Below, one piece after another: positions 1-10,300 of a DNA stretch of 64,000 bases. Position numbers and translations under genes: made by a program. Position 1 is the stretch's first letter. Each line of letters opens with the position of its first letter. The notes under the pieces were generated by a model. The model had not been told where the DNA came from. It made no database searches and saw nothing but the letters and a program-made list of their open reading frames with translations. The stretch lies in the NCBI RefSeq assembly GCF_055900595.2, contig NZ_CM148325.1, one strand, 5' to 3'.

Positions 1-991
1 GTTGGTCGCTCATCCAGGCATCAATGTTAACGACGTCAATACGCGCCATCTCTTCTCGCGTACACAACCGCTGGAGATTAGCGCGAATATCTGCCGCCAG
101 GTTACGCGTAAAGGTCGTGAAAAGTACCTTCTTACCGGGTTTATCTACCAGACGCTGAGATAACCACCGCGCACGGTGCATTGCAACAACCGTTTTCCCT
201 GTACCTGCACCGCCCAGTACTCGTACCGGACCATTAGCGGGCGACTCCACCAGTTTTCGCTGGCTCGGGTGCAGAAATACACGCCATTTTTCTAAAGGCG
301 CATTAAGCATCTGCAATAGTTCCTGTTCATTTTCAACGACATGGAAGCGACGTTTACTTCGTTCAATCGCCTCCATAAAGTCGTTGGTATCAACAGGCTC
401 ATCACGATGATCGTTAAACTCTTCCAGCACTTCCTGGTAATCCAGCCCTTCTGCCAGCCAGTGCAGAGGTTCCCAGGCTTCTGCTGGCATTATGCTTTCA
501 AGTTGATTAAGCCCGGCTTCATCGGTAAGCGCCATCACCTGATCAATAAAGACAGGCGGCACACCCAGGGCCAGAATCTGTTCCGCGCTGTAAGCTGCGA
601 AGAGTTTCGGTTTATCAACCACCGTTTCCGCTGCCGGTTTGATATAGCTAATATCAATGACCTGAATCGCGCCAGTAACCGGGTGAATCGAACAATCATG
701 CCGCCGCGCCCAGTCATATGCTTCGTCGTGTTTATCCACCCACATCAGCATATACAGAGCACCCTGTTCAGGTTTCAGAACAATGCCGCGATAAGTTTGA
801 TCGATTCGCACCGAATGGACATTTTTACTGCGCGCATCGTGGATCTTTTCATAGTTAAGTCCATTACTGGTCGGGTCCTGACGGAATTTGGAGATGAATT
901 CCTGCACCTTTTTTTGCTGTGCTTTTGGGATCCGCGCGAATGCGCCCAGAAAACCATCAGAAAGTGCCACCTTGGGCGTTTGCACCGTCAT
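1..991 (-). CDS. SF1 (UvrD/Rep-like) P-loop ATPase/helicase, N-terminal part; C-terminus lies beyond the window start
   Basis: Minus-strand frame is open from ATG at 991..989 (MTVQTPKVALSDGFLGAF...) to position 1 with no stop; Walker A GGAGTGKTVVAMHRARW appears after a ~250-aa N-terminal region; start overlaps upstream stop as ATGA. Not in the ORF track because its stop is outside the window. Confidence 0.5.
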   Translation of the reverse strand, partial: MTVQTPKVALSDGFLGAFARIPKAQQKKVQEFISKFRQDPTSNGLNYEKIHDARSKNVHSVRIDQTYRGIVLKPEQGALYMLMWVDKHDEAYDWARRHDCSIHPVTGAIQVIDISYIKPAAETVVDKPKLFAAYSAEQILALGVPPVFIDQVMALTDEAGLNQLESIMPAEAWEPLHWLAEGLDYQEVLEEFNDHRDEPVDTNDFMEAIERSKRRFHVVENEQELLQMLNAPLEKWRVFLHPSQRKLVESPANGPVRVLGGAGTGKTVVAMHRARWLSQRLVDKPGKKVLFTTFTRNLAADIRANLQRLCTREEMARIDVVNIDAWMSDQ

Positions 992-3900
992 TTGTCACCT
1001 CCGGACAGATGTTGCAATGTAATTTCGTCAATTGGCCCGAATGCAACGTGCCAACCCCTGGTTGTGAATAATGGAATAAATTCTTGATTATCAATAATCA
1101 ATGCCCATTTTTGTGATGGCCAGGCGAGATCGGCTTCCGCAATAATTTCACCTTCATCATTTTGCAATTCGTAGCCGAGAGTCGGCGCAGAGAGAGAATG
1201 AGACTGAAGCAACGCGATCTCTTCAGCGCTTAATAAGCCAAACTCAATAATCTCAGCCCAACTTTCATCAGTCTCTGGTACTGCCTCTGGCGTTGCCGTA
1301 ACTTTAACGTCAACGCTTTCCTGCGGTAAATGCACGGCTTTACGGCTGGTAAAGGTCATATCCGGCAGGAACTGTAACAGGTTTACCAGTCGCCAGAAGC
1401 CATTGAGTCCCGCTTCATAACCGTCATCCTGCGTATAGCGATCGTCAAAACAGATATGCAAACGCAGCCAGCTGCGCATTTGTGCGACACTGGTCGTCGG
1501 TTTAATGGCTTGTTGTGGCAACACCGAAGCCAGCTCAATAAATTGCTGCGATGAGTTACAGCTATCGAGTAAACCACCAAAGACAAACGGTTCGTCTGGC
1601 AAAAGCTCTGCTAGCCGCCAGGCTGGCGCGTTTTCCTGCATTTCATAGGCATACTTTTGTTTCGTTCCCGCGTCCTGTGACTTCTTCACATCCAACCACA
1701 CCCAGGCATGTGCAGCAGCCATTCTCTGCCATAACTGCGTTCTTCCGCCCGGATCGGCGAGATAATCCAGCAGCAGTGCAAAACTGTTGCGTTCCCGGAA
1801 CGACGCTTCAAGGGCCGCAAAGTTGGTATCGTGAAACAGGTTATAAAACTTAGGCTGTTTCATATCCGGGTTATGCCCAAGCCCCAGGACATCCTGAACA
1901 TGTTTAAGCCCAGGCTCTTTGAGATCGGCCCACGTGACTGTCCACACCCAGAAATTATCGCTATCCCGAATCGCCTGGCGTTTTTGCACATCCTCTGCGA
2001 CGCTATTTTTGTGAAACGCAAAGCCATCAAGGAAAATAGCTACCGGTTTAATGGCATCAGACTGCATAAGCGGATATAGCACGTAATCCGGGCGACAAGG
2101 GATCCCCACTGCCTCTTTAGCGCCTAAATCCACCTGAGCTTTAAGATGCCAGCTCATCATCGGTTCGCTGCGGGTGTTAATAATCCACCCAGCGCCCTGA
2201 TGCGCGTAACTGCGACTGACAATCAGGTTTTTATTTTCTTGCAGGCAGCTAATAAACCGTTTTTCCAGCTCACTGCCCATCATGGCTTCGAGGGAAATGT
2301 TTTTGATGGAATCAATTACCCGTATCGAATCTCTTGCCTGCAAAATTTTCGCCAGCAAGAGACGCGCCTGATCGCGGGAGACATACTTCATGCGCCCACG
2401 GTCACGGTAAGCGTAAACGCAACGATAACAACCATCTTTATGCGTATCATGGTTGCAACTGCATTCCACTATCGCCTGATAGGCCAGTTCAAGTAATTTC
2501 AGCAAATTGTCGGGAGTGCGCATCAGCTCTTTAAGAGAACCAGTCCCCCCCGGGACGGTATCGTAAATCACCAGATACTGCCGCCAGGATTCGCCTTCAT
2601 TTTCCGGCTCGCGGTACACAACGCCTTTCAGGTGATCGACATTCCCCTTGAAGTAATGTTTAAGGCCGAGCTGGATCGCCGCCCCAAGAGAAGCCTCCAC
2701 GACACGGTCATTACTGTAACTGCTTACCGGGAGCAGAATTCGCAACGCTTCTGACTCCAGCTGGCGATAGAGATAGAGATAATCTTCGAACTTCGCCTTT
2801 TCCGGTTCCGTGCGATATTTGCAGCTCAAATCATGACGTGGTTCATGATCGCGAGGACGCTGTACCATGCCGCACCCCAGGCAAACTTTAAACCCGGTTC
2901 GCTTCTTCGCTTCTCCGGCAATCATCAACTCATTGGCATCATCCGCCATTTTGCCGAAGTTGATATCCCGCAGGGTGACTTTGCTTAAAAATTCAAAACC
3001 AAACGGAACTTCGCCTTCCTCAATCGCGTATGCCGCCGATACATCTTCTTTTTCGAAACTAACCAATAGCTGACGCTGGAAGAAAGCAGGTTCACGGCTG
3101 TCGCTCTCGTCGCTGATCTGGCTATCACGTGCGCTGGCGCGGGCATACACCTGGCGAAGTTTCAGCAGCGTGGTTTTTTGTCCGGCGTCGGCCCACCCCG
3201 GTGTGCCACATTTCGGGCAATATTTATGCTGGTCGCCCGTCTGGTCGATATTTTCGCTGTAGTTACAGTGGCTACAGATACGCCAGTTCTCCGGCTCAGA
3301 GACCTTCAGGTCTATCTGCTCAATTTCAACTTTATGCCCACCGGCATAGAAATTATTCAGCGGAGCCAGCTCAGCCAGCGCCGTTGATGCCGGGCGTTCA
3401 TATTCGAAAGTGGTGTTTTGATATTCACGCGCTTCCCCGCCTTCTTTACGCCGCCAGAGCACAGAACGTAACGTAATACCGGCTTCCGGAAAGGCGTAGT
3501 TAGGCAGCAGACCTTCATCCGTGAGGAAATTCAGCGTCTGCTTATTGTTGATTTGATTGACTAGCGCCATCAGCGCCTGCCGTTCTGAAGTTAACTCGCG
3601 CATATCGCTGTCAAAGTTTTGATCGCGCGGCGCGTTCTCCAGCTTATCGATACTGCGCTTGAGTTTATCGATGCGTGAACGCAGAGATTTGCGATCTTCC
3701 ACCAGCAGTTTTAACGCCTCTTCGATACGCTGCACCAGAGAGCGTTGTCCTGGCGCGCCCTGAAGATAAGACAACAACTGTTGGCGAGTTTCTGCGGCAA
3801 GATCGGGGAAGATCGCCGTAAATTGTGCAGCAATCTCCGCATGATGCTGTTCGATATATCTCAGTAAGTTATACGGAAAACCCGATTTACGCCCGAACTC

Positions 3901-6900
3901 CAGCTCATCCAGCATCTGTTTGACGTTTTTACAGATAGCGGATTCTGGTACACCGGTTTTCACCCAGTTATCCATACAAAAAGCTGCCAGCTGGCGTTCG
4001 AGAATAGCCGTTGCATTGAGGAAGACGCCAGGAGCCTGCACCTGGCCCTGCATCATCTCCAGCGGTTCTTCAAAGAAAAACTGATCGTGCGGGTTCCCTT
4101 CTGCCACGGTAATGTTTAACGCGTTACCATCTTTACGACCGGCGCGACCAATACGCTGCAAGTAGTTGGCCTGAGCAGGTGGGACAGAACAGAGTAAAAC
4201 GGTGGAAAGATCCCCAACGTCAATACCCATCTCCAGCGTCGGTGTTGCCGACAACAGGTTGATATTCCACGGTTGGTTGCCGCGGTAGAACGATTTTTCG
4301 GTGGCTTCGCGATCTTCACGGCTAAGCAGCCCCGTGTGTTCTGCGCCCTGCACGCGCGCGATGTCCATGTTCTCCCAACGCCAGGTCGCCATATTGTCGA
4401 CTTCCTGGTAACGACCTTCACAACGTAAAGAGAGACAAGGCGCATTACGCCACTGCCAGCCTTGATCGGCCGGAGCCCGGACAACCTCACGGCAACATGA
4501 ACAATTAAGCTGAACGACGTCACGGCTCACCACCAGCGCAGAAGGCACCAGTCCCCAGGCTTCACGCCCTTTGGTGTCAAAATCTTTTACTACTCCGGCT
4601 ATTTTCAACGCCGTAAACAGGCGTCGTAACACTGTTTCCGCAACGCTACTGATAAACAGATTATTGCCGTTACTCAGCGTGCGATTGATCCAATGCTGAT
4701 ACCAACTGGGGTTAGACTTCGCGCCAATCAGGCGATGGAAACCATTAATTTTTTCAAACGACGCATAAGCCGGTTTACGCGTTTTCGGACCGATAGAAGG
4801 CATATAGCGCGAGGTACGCTCTTTTTGCGTCATCATAAAGGTCGTGCCATCACGGCGATAACTTTCGAACGTCGGATGCATAACGGCCCCGGCCTGGCGT
4901 TGATACCAAATAACCCCCAGCGCCAGGTGCGCGACCTGCTCGACGCTCACACCGGACATCTCATCACCCAGCTCTTCACAAAGCTGTTGATGCAGGGCGG
5001 TAATTGCCGGATTAAAGCGTTCTTTATCCACTCCGGCAACGGCATAACCGGTGGCTTCCAGCGTACGTCCGATACGCGCGCGCAGGGTAAATTCGCTGTA
5101 CACCTCCCAGTCGAGGCGCAGGGAAACCAGCTCCGGCAGATCGGAGTTCTCCGCCAGTTTGCCTTCATTTTTCAGTGTCTGATAATCATTCAGCCACTGC
5201 ATATTTGGTGCGATGAAGTTCGCTGCAAAATGAGCATCGTCCGGTGAACGTTCACGCGTTTGTTGGCAAACACGCGCCGCGAACGCATCCAGCGGTAATG
5301 TCTCTTTTTCGCCAAGAACACTGGCGATTTGCCCACGAATCATCAGCGGCCAGGTACGGGCAGTAAAGAAGCTGGCACGATGCGCGGCGTCTTGTACCGA
5401 GTCAGAAAACGTAATCAGCTTTTTATGTTCGTTGAACTGGCTGCCATAAAGCTGGTGAATCATCACCGCCGACAGACTGGCAGCCCGTGACCCCAGAATC
5501 GAAATCCCCTGTTTGCTGTTGCAGTACGGGCATTCATTAGCAAACTCCAGCTCGTCCTTACGCTCTTTGAGCATATCCGGGATCAGTACCTGCAACAGTT
5601 CCGTATGACCGCAATGTCCACACTGGACGCTGGACTGTCGGTTCAGTTTCAGACAGATAGGGCACAGTTTCTGGTGTGCGCCACTGACCGCTTTTTCGTT
5701 GTTATCCGGGAAAGCAAGGACGATGGAGCGCCCTTTTTCAAAGAACTGGCGATAAATGCCGTCGAGGTCTGTTTCCAGCTGAACGCTTTGCCCATGACGC
5801 AGGCTGGCCCAGCCGGTTGCGTGGCAGTCACGGCAGTGGATAACCGGCAAATAGTGTTCGCGATCTTCCACCGCCACATCATCGGCAAACACCAGTCTCG
5901 GCGTTTTCGCCACGCTGGCGACCAGACGACGCATCTCACGAAGCCACAACTGGGAACGCAGTTGCACAAACGGCAACACCGGGCGCGCTTTCTTCGCCTG
6001 GAGACGTTTTTGCCGATCGTGTTCCGTTTCCGGTACTTCGAGACGTGCCTGCGCGATCAGCGCCAGAATGCTTTGCAGCACGCGTCGGGCATGGTCGGCG
6101 CTTTCTGCCAGCATGACCTGGAGATTTTCCAGACACTCTCGTTCAGAGAGGATCCCGCCTTGCAGATCATGGAGTAAGACATGCATCACGCTGTGGCGGC
6201 GTAACAGTGACCCCAGCGCAATACGCTTTTCGCGCCCGTCGTCGCTCTCCAGATCGTCCGGGAGTTGCAAGTCGCTGTCGGAGAACCACAAAGGGATTTG
6301 TCCGTTGAGATACGCCACCGGGGTAGCGTAACTCTGCGGGTCCAGCGCCGAAGCGACCTCCGGCCCCGGATACTGACTGTACGCAATGGCGTAATCCTGC
6401 AAGTACTCCGCTGCCGTGTAGCGATCTTCGCGAATAACGGCGTCATCGGTAAACGGCTGGTCAAAGATTGTTTTTGCGTAATCGAGCAGTTGCCCCAGTT
6501 CGTCGCCGACGGTAGCTGATGTCCCGACGCAGGCGAATCGTTGGTTATCCACACCTATGTGATGCTTCAGACGTCGCACCAGACAGGCCAGATCCGACCC
6601 TTGCGCGCCATCAAACGTATGCAATTCATCCACGACCAGGTAACGCAATGAACCGGGCTGGTTGTAACGCCAGAGCGGCTGATCGCCAGGGCGCATCAGT
6701 AGGTAGTCGAGCATTTTGTAGTTGGTCAACAGGATGTCCGGCGGGCTTTCGCGCAGCGTGTGCTTACAGGTAATGACCTTTTCTGCCGACATTTTTTTGC
6801 TGGGTTCGATTTCGCTGTCGCCGACAAACAATCCGACGGTCACCTTGCCATGCAGTTGTGGATCGCTGGCGATGGTTTTGGCGAAACGGCTGGCCTGATC

Positions 6901-7329
6901 GGTTGCCAGGGCGTTCATCGGGTAGATGATAATTGCTTTAACCCCGGCTTGTGACGCGCCCGCGCAGTGGTTGAGCAGCGGGAACATAAAGCATTCTGTT
7001 TTACCGGAGCCGGTACCGGTAGCGACCAGTGTCGGCTGTGGCGCGTCGCATCCCAGACGCTGAAATGCCCGGGCCTGATGCGCGTGCGGCGGGAACGGCA
7101 GCGTCAGATTAGGGAAAAAATTCAGCGGTAAGTCACTTTTACGAAACGGCAACTGGGCGGAAAGGTATGGTCCTTTCAGCAGCGTTTCGGGCTGGGCCAG
7201 AAATTGCTCCAGCATTGAGACATTATCGTTATTCTCACCGTTAAACAGCGGGCTGTTTAGCGGGAACGCCGCCCGTAAAAAGGCGGCAACGCTGTCGGCG
7301 ACCTGCCGACTGACAACGGACGGCAACAT
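988..7329 (-). CDS. Giant SF2 DEAD/DEAH-type helicase with Cys-cluster (Zn-ribbon/DUF1998-like) regions, DruE/DrmA-like, 2113 aa
   Basis: Motif I GTGSGKTE, motif II VVDELHTF, distant motif VI QRIGRAGR; several CxxC pairs (CRDCHATGW, CPICLK...CGHCGH, CSHC...CPKCG, CLGCG); start overlaps upstream stop (TGATG at 7327..7331). Confidence 0.65.
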   Translation of the reverse strand: MLPSVVSRQVADSVAAFLRAAFPLNSPLFNGENNDNVSMLEQFLAQPETLLKGPYLSAQLPFRKSDLPLNFFPNLTLPFPPHAHQARAFQRLGCDAPQPTLVATGTGSGKTECFMFPLLNHCAGASQAGVKAIIIYPMNALATDQASRFAKTIASDPQLHGKVTVGLFVGDSEIEPSKKMSAEKVITCKHTLRESPPDILLTNYKMLDYLLMRPGDQPLWRYNQPGSLRYLVVDELHTFDGAQGSDLACLVRRLKHHIGVDNQRFACVGTSATVGDELGQLLDYAKTIFDQPFTDDAVIREDRYTAAEYLQDYAIAYSQYPGPEVASALDPQSYATPVAYLNGQIPLWFSDSDLQLPDDLESDDGREKRIALGSLLRRHSVMHVLLHDLQGGILSERECLENLQVMLAESADHARRVLQSILALIAQARLEVPETEHDRQKRLQAKKARPVLPFVQLRSQLWLREMRRLVASVAKTPRLVFADDVAVEDREHYLPVIHCRDCHATGWASLRHGQSVQLETDLDGIYRQFFEKGRSIVLAFPDNNEKAVSGAHQKLCPICLKLNRQSSVQCGHCGHTELLQVLIPDMLKERKDELEFANECPYCNSKQGISILGSRAASLSAVMIHQLYGSQFNEHKKLITFSDSVQDAAHRASFFTARTWPLMIRGQIASVLGEKETLPLDAFAARVCQQTRERSPDDAHFAANFIAPNMQWLNDYQTLKNEGKLAENSDLPELVSLRLDWEVYSEFTLRARIGRTLEATGYAVAGVDKERFNPAITALHQQLCEELGDEMSGVSVEQVAHLALGVIWYQRQAGAVMHPTFESYRRDGTTFMMTQKERTSRYMPSIGPKTRKPAYASFEKINGFHRLIGAKSNPSWYQHWINRTLSNGNNLFISSVAETVLRRLFTALKIAGVVKDFDTKGREAWGLVPSALVVSRDVVQLNCSCCREVVRAPADQGWQWRNAPCLSLRCEGRYQEVDNMATWRWENMDIARVQGAEHTGLLSREDREATEKSFYRGNQPWNINLLSATPTLEMGIDVGDLSTVLLCSVPPAQANYLQRIGRAGRKDGNALNITVAEGNPHDQFFFEEPLEMMQGQVQAPGVFLNATAILERQLAAFCMDNWVKTGVPESAICKNVKQMLDELEFGRKSGFPYNLLRYIEQHHAEIAAQFTAIFPDLAAETRQQLLSYLQGAPGQRSLVQRIEEALKLLVEDRKSLRSRIDKLKRSIDKLENAPRDQNFDSDMRELTSERQALMALVNQINNKQTLNFLTDEGLLPNYAFPEAGITLRSVLWRRKEGGEAREYQNTTFEYERPASTALAELAPLNNFYAGGHKVEIEQIDLKVSEPENWRICSHCNYSENIDQTGDQHKYCPKCGTPGWADAGQKTTLLKLRQVYARASARDSQISDESDSREPAFFQRQLLVSFEKEDVSAAYAIEEGEVPFGFEFLSKVTLRDINFGKMADDANELMIAGEAKKRTGFKVCLGCGMVQRPRDHEPRHDLSCKYRTEPEKAKFEDYLYLYRQLESEALRILLPVSSYSNDRVVEASLGAAIQLGLKHYFKGNVDHLKGVVYREPENEGESWRQYLVIYDTVPGGTGSLKELMRTPDNLLKLLELAYQAIVECSCNHDTHKDGCYRCVYAYRDRGRMKYVSRDQARLLLAKILQARDSIRVIDSIKNISLEAMMGSELEKRFISCLQENKNLIVSRSYAHQGAGWIINTRSEPMMSWHLKAQVDLGAKEAVGIPCRPDYVLYPLMQSDAIKPVAIFLDGFAFHKNSVAEDVQKRQAIRDSDNFWVWTVTWADLKEPGLKHVQDVLGLGHNPDMKQPKFYNLFHDTNFAALEASFRERNSFALLLDYLADPGGRTQLWQRMAAAHAWVWLDVKKSQDAGTKQKYAYEMQENAPAWRLAELLPDEPFVFGGLLDSCNSSQQFIELASVLPQQAIKPTTSVAQMRSWLRLHICFDDRYTQDDGYEAGLNGFWRLVNLLQFLPDMTFTSRKAVHLPQESVDVKVTATPEAVPETDESWAEIIEFGLLSAEEIALLQSHSLSAPTLGYELQNDEGEIIAEADLAWPSQKWALIIDNQEFIPLFTTRGWHVAFGPIDEITLQHLSGGDK

Positions 7330-10300
7330 CAGGCGCTCTCCTTATCTTGTGCAAAGAACGCCCAGGCCACTTTGTAATCGTCTTCGCGATCCGGCTTGAT
7401 AAACGGAGCCTGCCAGGTGACGGTACGGCGCTCGCCTTCGTCGCTGCGGGTATAGTCATCAAAGGTGACGCTGACGGTACCGGTTTGCAGATGTTTGACA
7501 TCATCCCAGCCGATAGCCTGATCGGTGCAGTCACCGCCGGTCCAGTCCGGGCTGTCGACGTTAAAGACAAAGCCGTTTTTCAGGTCAGCTTTACGCGCAG
7601 TGCGAGGCAAGCCAACGCCCACCAGCCCTTTGCTTGGGGTAAAGATAATGCGACCGTTTTGATCGTACCAGGTATCCGCTTCGTACTGGCGCATCACCGG
7701 GAACTGAACGCGATAAATGGTAAGCAGTTCTTCGAGGGTTAACCCTAGCGCCTGCGCCACCAGTACGTCGATTTCCACCAGCGCCTGACGACGACTGTAG
7801 TCAGAGCGTAAGGCGCAGTTACGCTGCCACTCTGGGGTCAGATTGGTGAAGAAATCCTGGGGAAGCGGCGGGAGATCGCGGCTCCAGCGCTGGGTGTTGA
7901 AGTCTGGGGTGTAGCAGGATTGCCAGAGATCAGCGTAATCTTTCGTTAACACATTCAAAGCTAATGCTCTTGAGTTTGCACTCATTAACTCAACATAAGG
8001 GAAGCCACGCAATGTTGATTCATAAACATCCGCCCGCCCTGTTGTTTTCAAATAAAAATCAGCCACTATTGAATGGCAAAATGCAGAGAAACTTAGCAGG
8101 TTTATTGGCTCTCTAAATGTTGTTGAGAGTACAGGGTGTATATGAGCAACGTGCTTTGGAACTATGCTGGATATCATCGAGCGTTCTGATGATGCCCCAA
8201 ACATTCTTCGATTAACAAAACGATAATAGTCCGTCACCTTCCTCGGCTCGTCTTCATCCTGCTCTTTCCACGAAACCCGTGGGGTGCGCTTTGCATACTC
8301 CTGTGCATCACAGGCTGGAATATAGTTAGTGCGCGGCAAATAGTCGTCGGGCAGAGTTAGCAATTCTAGGTTATCGTATGCTTTATTCGTGTCACAAACC
8401 GCTCTAGGCGTATTGTAGAAAGGATTGCCAACAAAAAAATGAGGGCCAGACAAAACCCATTGTGATGCTTCTTCCGGGAACTGTGTATGTCGCTCAATTG
8501 TACCATCGCTTTGCTGATTAGTTTCATGCCACATTTCTAGAGAATAATATTGCCCCTGCAAATCACCTAATCGCCTAGGTTGTTTCGCAAACTTTTCAAG
8601 TACTGCAACCAATTGAGTAGCATGTAACGCAGGAAGACGGGCTTCATGTGCTGTAGTGCCAGCACTATCATAGAGACGCGAGAAAAGACCTAATTGCTTT
8701 AAATTTACATGCAAGACTCGATCGAAATGTCCCTGAAAATTCCATTTAACCTTTATTTTACCATCAATTTCAGTTTCTTCTTTTATCCCCGGAACAATGC
8801 CTTCCCCTTTATGTTCAAAACACGCATCAATAGTTTGAGGAATAAATAAATTTGCTATATTTGAGAATGCCACTATCTGAGAATAGGGGCCATACACATT
8901 AATGCTAAATAATGTCTGGTTATGCACCTCAGTGAATAATTTCGTTTCATTAATAAACTGAAAATGCGCCCTAAGCCTCGGATATACCGACGCACGCAGC
9001 TGCCCGCCTTTTGGGTCATCATAAATCCCTTCCGGGTGCAGGAACCCTGCCACGCCTTTCTCTGCCCCCAGACGCCAGGCCTGCGGCAGGAAGCATTTAT
9101 ACAAGTTGGTCTGCACCCCGCGCAGTACCGGGTAGTTCTGCTGCGCATTGAGGAAGTTTTGCATCCCTTCACAGCCTTCATACTCGCTGCGCCAGGCCGC
9201 TTCCAGCGCCGGGATCTGGTTAAAGGTATCAATACGCAACGTTGCCAGCTTCGATGCACTCAGCTTACGCAGCACAAATTCCGGCTCGTAATCACCCAGC
9301 ACGCCCGCTTCCTGCCATTCCACTTTCAGCCACGGCGGGTTTCCGAGCATCAGGTCAAAACCGCCACGCTCGGCAAACAAGTCGCAGAACTCCAGATCCC
9401 AGTGGAAGAAACGGTGCTGCTTTCTCAGGGCATCGACAATCGCCAGACGCGGCAAATGACGGAACAACACCTCGGTTTTCAGACGACCAGCAACGGAAAA
9501 CAGCGAAGACTCTTCTCGCAGCAGGCCGTCTTCGGCAAACAGATCGCCAGTGGTGTGCTCCGCAACTTCAGTGACTTTTTCCGTGATTACAATCCCGTCG
9601 AGCAGGGTTTCAATCTCAAACAACCAGGTGCCGCGATCCGGTAACTCATCGGCTTTGTCGATCGGCCAGAACCACAGCGCGCACCAGTAGTCCATCACCC
9701 AACGCAGCTTCTGGTAGGCGCTGTTATCTTCAAGACGACCGCTAAAGGTTTCATCTTTACTGCTCAGCGAAGAACGCGTCTGCTCGCTGTTTTCTGCCGG
9801 CCACACCGGGTAGCTGTCGGCGGTTTTCAGACGTTCTGCTTTAAGTTGCTGGCGATAGGTGTTCCACAGAGCTTCCACCTTTTCGCTGATACGCTGCACA
9901 TCAGCAATCTCATGCCCGGCAAAGCTTTTAATAAACTCTTTGCGCCAGCTGTCCAGGGCTTTGAAGTCATCCGGATAACGCTGCTTAACAGTTTTATCGC
10001 TGTAGTTAGCCATACCGCCGTCGGGCAGCAGGAAGTGAAAAATCTGCGTCTCTTCACGCGGCGTGTTCATCGCCAGTTCGACCGGCTCGCTGTTAAGCCA
10101 GCTCGGATCTTTGGCTTTTTTGTAGGTCAGTTCACTCTTGTTGAACACCTGACGGCGCGCGCCCACCAGTGAGTTACCGCAGTGCAGCTGGTAACCAAAC
10201 CACGGTACAAAGGCATCGCCACTGATGGCGTTCAACCACAGCGACACTTCCGCCAGTTCCACCGCCACCGGGTTTAAGTCCACGCCGAAAACGTTGTTGT

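Noticed and set aside
341-1087. 248-aa plus-strand ORF at the window start
   Set aside because: Lies antisense to the open minus-strand SF1 ATPase frame and to the end of the 2113-aa gene; composition and absence of motifs indicate a shadow ORF.
4693-5247. Plus-strand ORFs of 100-230 aa inside the large minus-strand helicase and methyltransferase genes (also 8964..9644, 10920..11516, 13211..13882)
   Set aside because: All are embedded antisense within much longer ORFs that carry clear helicase or methyltransferase motifs; no independent support.
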